Origin: Octopus bimaculoides
Taxonomy: Eukaryota
DNA: 43,437 nt
Direction of reading: 5' to 3'
NCBI RefSeq assembly: GCF_001194135.2
Contig: NC_068984.1
Span: forward strand, 118,935,777 to 118,979,213
The notes under the pieces were generated by a model that was not told the origin of the DNA, made no database searches, and worked only from the letters and a program-made list of their open reading frames with translations. Position 1 is the stretch's first letter. Every line of letters begins with the position of its first letter. Below, piece after piece: positions 21,721 to 33,054 of the stretch. The position numbers were made by a program, and so were the translations under genes.

Positions 21721-22821
21721 TGACGATGTTGATCATGATCATGATAACAATGATGATGATGATGAATGTATTGATGGTAAGTGATAAGTAGACTGCAAGG
21801 GCTTGCCAATGTTAGTAACAGAATACCATTTGTTTGGTTTGGTTTATGTTATATTAAAAGTGTTGATGCAGCACACGTGCTGTATGCTATTTGTAGGAAG
21901 GCAGAGATACCACCAAAGTAGTCACCATCTGTCAGCCCTCAGTTTAGTTATTCAGCTGACAATAGCCTTCCACTGACACTACACAATAGCAACTCAGCAG
22001 AGAAGATAAGCATACACAATCAGTAATGAGCTACAAGTAGTTTTAGGTGTTTATGTAGTCATGCCATTACAAGATCCAATCCTTGTTTCAATGTGATGGC
22101 CTGTTAGCTTCAATGACCCTGAGAGCTGTGCCAGTGGAATGTAAGCTCCTGACAGGTCCTTCTATGTTGGACAGAGGACAGATTAATTAGTTGGAGGACT
22201 AAAGTGGCAAGCTGGCAGAATCATTAGTATGCCGGGCAAAATGCTTAGCAGCATTTCATCAGCCTTTACATTTTGAGTTCAAATTCCACCGAGGTTTACT
22301 TTACTTTCCATCTTTTTGGGGTCAAGAAAATAAGTACCAGTTGAGTACTGGGATCAATGTAATTGACTTATCCCATCACCTGAAATTGCTGGCTTTATGG
22401 TAAAATTTGAAACCAATATGTCAGAGGACAGAGAACAAATTTAAATGGACCACCTCTTCCCAGAGGTAAAAATGGGTTTGCATTAGGCCAACACCACTAC
22501 TTAGAAAAAAGAAACTTACAGAAGCATTAATGATAATTCAAGACCAAGAAAACCTGAGAGAGGAAGTCCTGCCATTAGGGAAGATAGGCCACAAAGTTGA
22601 GAACAATGAAGAAAATGTATCAATGGCCTATGCTCCATAATGGCCTATGCATGATGCAGGATCCTGCCTAGTCAACTCCTGTCAAACCGTCCAACCATGC
22701 CAGCATGGAAGGAGGACATTAAACAATGATGATGTGATAACATCTAAGTATAGCTATAATGACAAATTGCTCTCACATTCTTTTATAGTTGATTTTGTGT
22801 GTATGTATACACACACATACA

Positions 22822-22875
<54 letters not shown>

Positions 22876-24439
22876 CATGCATGCATATATGCATGTGAGT
22901 CTATGTGTATGTATATATGTATAGTTTTGTGTGTGTGTATTTATGTATTTTGTAAAGCTATGTGTTTGAGAAAGTACAAAAAACATAATGTCCTATTGAA
23001 TGCTACACTCAAAGGATGTTACATTTAAGAGATCTAATATCCATTGAATATACATTTAATATGTATTTAGGGTATTTGTATTAATTAACAACATTATTTG
23101 AATTAAAAGGTAAAAGCCGATGACAGTGGCAATGCTAGGAAAGGTAGCGGTATCATTTTGCACATCATCACCACTAACAACAACAACACTATTCGTTGGT
23201 GTGGTAGCAGTTGTGTCACACAGAGAGATGGATGTGTTAAAGAAGATATGTCAGCCTATGATCAGATATTGTTTTAACATAGAGCAGATTGCTAACCTTT
23301 ACAGCATACACCTCAGCAATGTCTGTTCGCGGTAGACAGACAGATTTAATTTCAGAGCAGCCGATAAAATAAACAAATGGTATTTCAAGAAGACGTATCA
23401 TATATCTATAAAGACTTCGAGTTCAGACAAATTCTTTTCAAATAAATAATTGACTAAACACGAACGAGTTGTATCCATTGTTTTCCTGAAGCGAAAGTTC
23501 TTTTCATTTCATTTTGTCTTCCCTTTCGCTCTTTCATTGTTGAAGTGGTGGTGGTGGTGGTGGTGGCGGTGGTGGATGGTATTCGGAAATTTACAAAATT
23601 TACAAGAAAAGTTTTAAGCATTTCAAGTACTTAGGAGAGAAAAAAAAAAGATAAACAAAACATATTACAACGTTTTGAAATATTTCTTTCAAGTACAAAA
23701 TACTTTTCACTTCAGGCTTTTATTTAAACACTTTGTTTGAATCAGCTTAATGCTTTTATTCTCTCCTTCGTTAAAATGTCAATATTGTTGTTGTTGTTAT
23801 TGATGTTGTCTTCCTTTATCAAGTAGACCTATTTCTCAAATGTATTCCAGCCCATGTTAGCCCTAATCGAACACACCTAAGGTTGAAGACATTACACCCG
23901 TGATTATCCCATCCTTTTGTATATCAAGAATTACAATGATCAATATGTTCTTTCTCTCCATAATTACAAGTATAGTCTCAATACAGCATATATTATAAAC
24001 AAATAAACATACAGTTATTTCTATATTACTTTAGTTTTACCATGATATTAAGCCCCGTGAGGGTCTTTTCAACAGCTTGTAAAAGGAATTGAGGCAACAA
24101 TTAGTTTCCTTATTATTACTCAACAATAAAAGTAGCAAGCTAACAGAACTGTTAAAGTGTTGGAAAAATGGTTTGTGATATTTGTCCTTGCTTTTTACAT
24201 CTTGAGTTCAAATCCTGCTAAATCAACTTTACCTTTCAATCCTGTAGGGAACCAGTAAAGTAACAGGGTCTTAATGTCTTTAAAAATTGCTATCCTTGTG
24301 TCTAAATTGGGAAAAAATTTTACACAACAATTCATCAGAACCTGCTTAGTATATATACCAATACATTTTATATAAAATCAAATATTAGAAATATTTAAAT
24401 ATTAGAGATACCTGGCACCTAGCCCTACTCAAGAAGACC

Positions 24440-24659
24440 TGTACCCAGCAGCAGAAATGTTAAGGTCAATCCTGCTGATGGTGTAAAGCACTCATAGTAG
24501 AGCCACATAAAAGCACCTGTGCAGGGTCACGTAAAAACACCCAACACACTCTGTAAAGTGGCTGGCGTTAGGAAGGGCATCCAGCTATAGAAACCATGCC
24601 AAATCAAACAAGAACCTAGTGCAGCTCCCCAGCTTGCCAGCATAGACAACGGACGTTAA

Positions 24660-24700
<41 letters not shown>
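24440..24700 (+). mobile_element. Family D / RTE 3' UTR copy with ~3 units of the 24-bp module and a (TGA)n tail
   Basis: gccacataaaagcacctgtgcagggtcacgtaaaaacaccc..cacactctgtaaagtggctggcgttaggaagggcatccagc...gacgttaaatgatgatg. Confidence 0.75.
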
Positions 24701-25862
24701 ATATTGGATTAAAATAGATTATCTGTTCTTGTTGTTATTATGTAACACTATGTTATACATGATATTATAGGGATTTAAGACAATTTAGGCCCAATACTTA
24801 AGATGTGTGTATTACACATGGAGTTTTATATGGGGTGTGTATTTATGTTTGTGTCCAAATCTGTGTTCATGTTTACACTGGTCTAAAACCAGTGTTGCTG
24901 TTTATTATATGTTGTTATCCTTTATGTCTTGTAACTTAACAGTTCAGCAAAAAGACATTTATAAAATAAGTACCAAACAGAAAAATATACTGGGAACGAT
25001 GTAATTGACTAAAACCCTTGAAAGTGATGCCTTAGAATGGTCGCAGTCCAATGACTGAATCCAGTAAAAGACCAAACAAGTATAAGAATAAACGAATACC
25101 AGAATAAACAAATAAAAGAATACTGTGGTTAATCCCTTTGACTGTGGTTAATCCTTTTGACTGTGGTTAATCCAGTTGACTGTACAATGCACACATGTGT
25201 GGCTTTGTGCCAACATTAAAAAAACATTACTGTTCAGGGTTTTAGTATATTCTCATTCTCTCTGGATGATGTGACTCATACTAGATTTTCAGCTAATGAT
25301 AACATAAAAGCGAGAGGTAAGCAGTTATATTTTTAAGAACTGTTAACAGTTACTTACACCTGCTGGAATAAAAAGTACTTCTTAACCCATTCAAAGTACC
25401 AACTATCTGAACCATGTATATATGATTGTATGCATTTGCTGTATCTTTGCAACTGAAGGAAACTGAGTTCTGTCTGATCCATTTGATACACAGTCTTAAT
25501 TTGTAATAAGCTGTAAACACTAAGCATAAATTAATTGAGAAAATGCCTGATCATCAAAAGCATTAACTGAGAAATAATGAAGAAATGATTGCATCTGTTA
25601 ATGAATAAGTAAAGCAGACTGGATGACAAATAAAGAAAAGAAAACATGAAATAAGTGAAGAAGGAGACTGTAGTCATGCTGGAGCACTGCCTTGAAATGA
25701 TTTTGTTGAACAAATTGAACCAAGTACTTATTTCTTAAGCCTGGTACATATTTTCTCAGTTTTCCTTTTGCTGAACTGCTAAGTTATAAGGACATAGACA
25801 AACCAATAATAGCTGTCAAGCAGTGGTGGGTGTCAAACATGAAGACACATACACATAGCTAT

Positions 25863-26249
25863 GTTGTTGCTGGCACTCCGTTGCTTACGACATCGAGGGT
25901 TCCAGTTGATCCGATCAATGGAACAGCCTACTCGTGAAATTAACGTGCAAGTGGCTGAGCACTCCACAGACACGTGTACCCTTAACGTAGTTCTCGGGGA
26001 TATTCAGCGTGACACAGTGTGACAAGGCTGACCCTTTGAATTACAAGTACAACAGAAACAGGAAGTAAGAGTGAGAGAAAGTTGTGGTGAAAGAGTACAG
26101 CAAGGTTCGCCACAATCCCCTACCGGAGCCTCGTGGAGCTTTAAGTGTTTTCGCTCAATAAACACTCACAACGCCCAGTCTGGGAATCGAAACCGGGATT
26201 CTATGACCGCGAGTCCGCTGCCCTAACCACTGGGCCATTGCGCCTCCAC
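25863..26249 (-). mobile_element. Full-length SINE family A with 12-bp TSD
   Basis: Closely similar to 3822-4205. ACACATAGCTAT at 25851-25862 and 26256-26267. Confidence 0.85.
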
Positions 26250-26399
26250 ACACACACACATAGCTATATACATATATTATACAGACATACATACAGGCAT
26301 ACATGCATACTTGTGTGTGTGTTTGTTTGACTTGTGAGGTTTCTTATGAATGCTACAGGTAATATGGAATCCAGTACAACCTATTGCATGGTCAGATTG

Positions 26400-26760
26400 T
26401 CGGTAACTGAACCAGCATCCCACTCCATGCTTGCCTGGTGAGGACTAAAAACAAAACCTGACAAAAGAACTGGTGAACTTAGTGTAGGTTCAATGACTAT
26501 CTAGCAATAGCATGGGCCCTCAGAAATTCTAGGTTGGTGTCTGGTGTGCTGGAAAACCACTAGGAGTGAAGCAACCCTTCGTTTTTGCTTCTCTTGGATA
26601 AGGTTACTCTGATATAAAACCAGATATGCAGGGAATGGCATTGAACATTTTGGAGATCTTTTGCTTGTCCTTGAGGTTATGGCACTCCTATATTCCTGAG
26701 CTGTGACCTGTATTGGAACTGGATATCATGCCTTGGCTTGTCTTAGGATCATATCAAGAA
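26400..26760 (+). mobile_element. Probable decayed 5' UTR and ORF start of an RTE (BovB-like) element
   Basis: Weak recalled resemblance to RTE 5' regions; HDV-like motif remnant at its start; same strand as the RT fragment at 27545-28380. Confidence 0.3.
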
Positions 26761-27544
26761 GTTGGATAGGGTCTAGAGATATTGTGCAAGGGTTACTGGA
26801 CTAAAATATTATGTTTTGCAATCACCAGCAAGGCAATCATCTGATGCCCAGTTGAGTAAGAGGGCTTCACAGCAAGCATGGAAGCTGCAGTTGCAAACCC
26901 AGGTGAAGCCAACTGATGGTGGAATAACCTCATGCATGAGCATTGCAGGCATTTTGCATGGGCAACAGTCAGTGATGGTCTTCCTTGGTCATGAGTGGAC
27001 AGTCATCATCATCATGTATGTATGTATGTGTGTATGGCAGGATTCTTTCCAATTCTCTTCACCAAATCTGCTCACAAGACTTTGATTGGTCTGGGGTTAT
27101 AGTAAAAGACATTTTCCCTAGGTGCTACACTGCGGGACTGAACTCAGAAGCATGCAGTTGGGAAGAAAACTTCTTGTGAAATAAAAGTTGACCAAGGATA
27201 ACTAAGGAAGGATATAGTTTGCCAAAGCTGAGAACACAAGACTTCGATAATGAAATTATGTAAAGCTAGATATGCTTAGTGAGATGATCTATCCAACCAA
27301 CATCTTGCAACATGGAAAACGAATATGATTATTAAAACAATCTTTGGGTCTCAAGACAATTTCTTTTACACAGCTGTCAGTCACTCAACAGAATACTCTC
27401 TGCCAGTAATGGAAGTAAGTATACATGTATTTGTCTGTGTATGTATGTATGTATGTATGTATGTATACAAATATTTGTCATCAAAATGATGTGCATAATT
27501 TTTACATTGTTGTCAAAACTGTCAACAGCTCAGTAAATCACTGT

Positions 27545-28380
27545 CACTAAGCTGCAAGCAGTAGACGGTTTAACACTTCTGAAGGATCAGAACAACATCC
27601 AGCTGAGGTTTGATGGACATTTTAATAATCTGTTTAATTGAAACTCTGGTGCATACCTCACTATCATTAACAAACTGCTTGAATTTCTTCCCCTCTATGA
27701 TTCCATCTACCACTTATCTTCCAGGTAGTTCTATCAGTTGTTTGCTTTCCTAAGAACAACAAATCCCCTTGTGCTGACCATATTCCTGTTGAGCTACTGA
27801 AAGAGGGAGGATACATATGTAGGCAAATCCTGTACCAATATATCACCAAGGCCTGAACTAAATGAAGGTTATGCGTATCTGCGGAGTACTCAGCCACATG
27901 CATGTTAATTTTGCGTCATTGATGGTGTTTCCTCACAGCAATAGAGAGATGCCAGCATCATTATCATTTATAAAGAGGCGATTTTCAGCAATAGTAGGGG
28001 CACATCACTCCTTTCTGTTGTGTGTAAGGTCCTGGCTAAGGTGTTGCTTCAGAGATTCAGTCTTACTTGAAATGCAATGTAAATTTAAGAAAATTAAAAG
28101 CACAACCAATATGGCTGTCACAGCACAGCAACTTCAGGAAGAGTTCTAGGAGCAACATCAAACCATGCTCATGATCTTTGTCAACTTACCCAAAGTATTC
28201 AACACATGGGTCTTATGTAATTTTTTCCTCAGATTTGACTGTCGTAATACATTCATTAACATTATCTTCCAGTTCTATAATGGGTTAACTGTTCAAGTGA
28301 CTTTGAGAGAACAAGAGTCTGAACCCTTCCTTGTGTACGCAGTGTGAAACAACAGTGTGTTTACTTGCACCAGCACCAGT
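27545..28380 (+). mobile_element. Decayed RTE (BovB-like) reverse transcriptase fragment
   Basis: Frames give DGLTLLKDQNNI...KNNKSPCADHIPVELLKEGGY...RDASIIIIYK...SRGTSLLSVVCKVLAKVLLQR...STTNMAVTAQQLQEE...IFVNLPKVFNT...VKQQCV, collinear with RTE RT subdomains, with many stops. Confidence 0.75.
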
Positions 28381-29011
28381 ACATCTCAAGCAAAAATGAC
28401 ATCTTTTCATTGTTGCCTGAGCTTATTAACTACCAGTTTTTTCAGTTATTGGCTCTGGAATTGACCTGGGGTAGAGAGAACATATCATTCAAGAGGTCAT
28501 GTGTGACTATGACAAACACAAAAAGACTTTGGCAAACACAAGTGATAGATTGATTAACTGTATGATTAATCAAACAATCAATTAGATAGTTACTTAAATA
28601 GCTAACCAAGTGACATATAGCAAAGAAGTGAAAATGATTCAGTGCATGTGTTTATTATTGGCAATATGATCCTCCCAAGATACACCAAGATATTTTTTAT
28701 TATAGACTGTTAATTTTTAACTGACATTGTTTTCATTAATAACTGACATCTTTCATTTATATACAAGAATACTTTAATTACAAACTGGCATGCTTTTAAA
28801 TGTTAATTAGCATGGTCTTTTCATCACTATTAATATTGATTGTCATATATTTTAATTATTAACTGACTTTGTTTTAATTATTGTATCTTTGTTAATACTC
28901 TAACTGTTTTACTCCACAGCTAAAGTGCAGGAACAGATGTACTATTAGAAACACATCTAATACATGTTAACATGGAAAACTGGCAGTTGAATATGACACT
29001 GCCTTAACTGC

Positions 29012-29042
29012 TGCTGCTACTGCTGATGATGATGATGATGAC

Positions 29043-29099
<57 letters not shown>

Positions 29100-29340
29100 G
29101 ATGATGATGATGAAGATGATGATGATGATGGTGGTGATGGTGATGATGATGATGACGACGACGACGACAATAATGATGATGATGATGATGATGATGATGA
29201 CGACGACGACGACTATGATGATGATGATGATAACGACCACAACGATGATGATGATGATGATAATGATGACAATGAAGACAGTGATGATGATGGTGGTGGT
29301 GGTGGTAATGATAAGGACGAGGAGGAGGAGGAAGAGGAGG
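29012..29340. repeat. Long compound (GAT)n/(GAC)n/(GGT)n/(GAG)n tract, then (CA)n/(TA)n to 29640
   Basis: Direct inspection. Confidence 0.95.
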
Positions 29341-29585
29341 GGGAAGCTGTTCAGTATGCTGTGTTTATAAATAACACCCCTGCCAAAAACAAAAACAAAA
29401 AAAGCCAAAACATGTGAAATAGATATAAATAACATGAGTTTATTATTAGTAATGCATCTTGAATACATACACATACATATACATATACACCCCCACACAC
29501 ACACACACATACATATATATATGTATGTATATATATGTGTGTATGTGCGTGTGTATGTATGTACATGTGAGTGTGCATATGTATG

Positions 29586-29647
<62 letters not shown>

Positions 29648-29869
29648 TGCTACTAACTTTATCTTTTCTGTTTTCTTCAGCATTACATTTCAATTGGTAT
29701 ATTGTCTGGGCATCTTCAGGTGGGATATCATTACAGCATATCTTAAATATCATAGCATGCCACGTCATACCATTTACGTTACTTTATGTCATAGATGGTG
29801 TTTCCTCATTGCTGAGGATGTTTCCAAAGTTTCTGATACCATGGTAATGAAGTGGGCAGGAGAATGCAA

Positions 29870-30190
29870 ATGCACGTGACTTAATGGTTAAGGTATTTCG
29901 ATCATGATTGTAAGGCTGTGAGTTCAATACCTGGTGGCACCTTGTGTCCTTGAGCAAGACACTTTATTTCATGCTGTTCCAGTCTACTCAACTGCCAAAA
30001 ATGAGTAGTACTTATATTTTAAAGCATCAGCCTTGTCACATTATGTGTCATGCGGAATCTCCTTGAGAACTAAATCAAGGTTATGCATGTCTGTGGAGTG
30101 CTCAGCCACATGCATGTTAATATCACAAGTAGGCTGCTTCACTGATCAGATCAATGGGAATACTCGTCATCATAACAAATGGTGTACCAG
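29870..30190 (+). mobile_element. tRNA-headed SINE (family K): distinct head and body, family A-type 3' tail
   Basis: gagttcaatacc B box, tgtgtccttgagcaagacacttta body, tail tctgtggagtgctcagccac...; homologous to 35760-36085(-). Confidence 0.75.
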
Positions 30191-30204
30191 TTATTGTTAG
30201 TTGG

Positions 30205-30410
30205 CCTTCGTGCCAGTGGCACGTAAAAGCACCCACTACACTCTCGGAGTGGTTGGCGTTAGGAAGGGCATCCAGCTGTAGAAATTCTACCAAATCCGAT
30301 TGGAGCCTGGTATAGCCACCTGGTTCACCAGTCCTCAGTCAAATCGTCCAACCCATGCTAGCATGGAAAGCGGACGTTAAACGATGATGATGATGATGAT
30401 GTTGATGATG
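30205..30410 (+). mobile_element. Family D element, relatively intact
   Basis: gtgccagtggcacgtaaaagcacccactacactctcggagtggttggcgttaggaagggcatccagctgtag...gcggacgttaaacgatgatg. Confidence 0.8.
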
Positions 30411-31551
30411 ATCTTAAATATCATACCATTTAAGAACCTTTGCGTCATTGATGGTGTTTCTTCATGGCTGAGGATTTTCCTGAAGTTTCTGAAGACATAG
30501 TGGTGAGGTGTGAAGAAGTATACATTCACTAATGACTGTAGGTTGATTTGGGGAAAGAGTTGCAAGTTCAAACCCTACAGTACTTAACATTTTTGTTGTC
30601 ATAAGAGGTACATTCCAGAAGTTTTGAGACTTCTTTAGGAGAGCCAGTTATAACAAAAATAAGTACTGGGGTCAATTCCTTTCACTAAAAATTTTTCAAG
30701 GTGGTGCCCCAGCATGGCCACAACCTAATGACTGAAACAAGTAAAAGATAAAATATATGTGTGTGTGTGTGTGTGTGTGTGTACACAGACACCCATATAT
30801 ATGAGAGTATAATAATGTCATTGGGGTATGTAACCCTGGTGTTTATCATCCACAAACAAAGCTATATGCTGGAGATCATTTCTTCTACCAAACAAAAGTG
30901 TGAAAATTCGAAAGTATCCATAGAATTTTTGAATGACAAATAAGAAGTATGGAATGATTTATAATTGTTTCCTCTTAGCTCAATACAATCAATCTTGAAA
31001 TATTATGTAATATTACAAGCAACTATTGATCCTTTCCCAGGTACCATTCAGGTTAAGCTTAATAACTCATGCTGAATAAAATACTACAGAACGGAATAAG
31101 ATTCTTCAGAATTGTGTATTTTAATTTATATGCAATTCTTCAGAATCTTATTCATCATGGGTTACTAAGGTTGACTTGAATGGCACAAAGAAAGTAATCA
31201 ATAGTAGCATGTATTATTATGTAATGTTGTAACATTGATTTTATTGACCTAAGATGAAACAATTGTAAATTGAAGTAGTAAAATAATTTGCTTACTCCAT
31301 TCTTATACACACACAAACACGAACATATATATATTTCTAAAATAATTATTAGTGACAACAGCAGTATTAATACCAAAAGGTGATATTTATACCCTTACAT
31401 AAAATTAGATGTTGTGTTAGAACACAAAATACTGCATTATTTACCATGAGAGAACCTCTCATATGGGCTTGTGGTGCATAAGAGAACTCTTGTTTACATC
31501 ACTAGCAGGAGATAATCATCTGCTACTGCTGCTGCTGGAACTACCATATAT

Positions 31552-31770
31552 ATCATCATCATCATCATCATCGTTTAACGTCTGCTTTCCATGCTGGCAT
31601 GGGTTGGACAATTTGAGTGAGGACTGCACCAGGCTCCAATCTGATTTGGCAGAGTTTCTACAGCTGGATGCCCTTCCTAACGCCAACCACTCTGAGAGTG
31701 TAGTGGGTGCTTTTACGTGCCACCGGCACGAGGGCCAGTCACACGGTACTGGCAACGGCCATGCTCAAAA
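31552..31770 (-). mobile_element. Family D element, relatively intact
   Basis: Reverse complement of 30205-30410 with few differences. Confidence 0.8.
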
Positions 31771-31913
31771 AGGTAAAACAGGTTTCTTTCAGCCCAGGAT
31801 TATAGTAGAAGGCCTTTGCCTCAGGTGCTGTGCAGTGGAACTGAACCCAAGACTAAATAGTTGAGAAGGAAGCTTCTTAACCACACAGCCACTCCTATAT
31901 ATCTATAACTCCA

Positions 31914-31954
<41 letters not shown>

Positions 31955-32463
31955 CTGTATTTGTAAAGTACATTCATATCCCTTGAGTGTGAACATGGGG
32001 TGAAGGGGGGACGGTACATAGGGATGTACTCAGTAAATGCAGTACCTCTTGTATACCCAAGCATGTATGCGTACGTGTGTATGTGCCTATGTGTGTGTTT
32101 ATATTTGAGTATTTATGTTTGTGCACTTATCTGTGTACATTTATCTATGTCTGTACCTGTATGTGTATGGGCATGTTTGTGTGTGTGTGAGTGTGAGTGT
32201 ATTAGCGAAAGAAAGTAATTTGCACTCGACTGTCTTTTAAATCAAACTGCTTAACAAAGAACAGGCTGAGAAGACAGTAGGTCCCTTTCATCTTTGTTAA
32301 TGTCTTCTTTTCTTCACTAATCGAAAATACTATTTTTTTTAAAAATACTATTTCATGCTGTTATTTTTTTTTTCATTTATACATACATACATTCATACAT
32401 GTGCATACATTCACACACACACATATATACATGCATACATATGAATATATATATATATATATA

Positions 32464-32769
32464 NNNNNNNNNNNNNNNNNNNNNNNNNNNNNNNNNNNNN
32501 NNNNNNNNNNNNNNNNNNNNNNNNNNNNNNNNNNNNNNNNNNNNNNNNNNNNNNNNNNNNNNNNNNNNNNNNNNNNNNNNNNNNNNNNNNNNNNNNNNNN
32601 NNNNNNNNNNNNNNNNNNNNNNNNNNNNNNNNNNNNNNNNNNNNNNNNNNNNNNNNNNNNNNNNNNNNNNNNNNNNNNNNNNNNNNNNNNNNNNNNNNNN
32701 NNNNNNNNNNNNNNNNNNNNNNNNNNNNNNNNNNNNNNNNNNNNNNNNNNNNNNNNNNNNNNNNNNNNN
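32464..32769. other. Assembly gap
   Basis: N characters. Confidence 0.99.
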
Positions 32770-32817
<48 letters not shown>

Positions 32818-32995
32818 TGCATATATGTATATATATATATCTATGTATATAAATATGTATATATGTATGTATATATGTATATATGTATGTATATATATAT
32901 ATATATGTATATATATTTATATATACACACATATATATACATACATATATACACATATATAAAATATGTATGTATCAATATATGTATTATGTATC

Positions 32996-33054
<59 letters not shown>

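Noticed and set aside
29004-29768. Poly-Met, poly-Ile, poly-Ser and His/Thr/Tyr-rich ORFs here and at 33795-35591 and 38995-40555
   Set aside because: Direct translations of microsatellites.
29812-29835. Additional hammerhead cores at CTGAGGA (29812, 30468, 15606)
   Set aside because: No stem II followed by GAAA and no GUH site with a pairing stem I.
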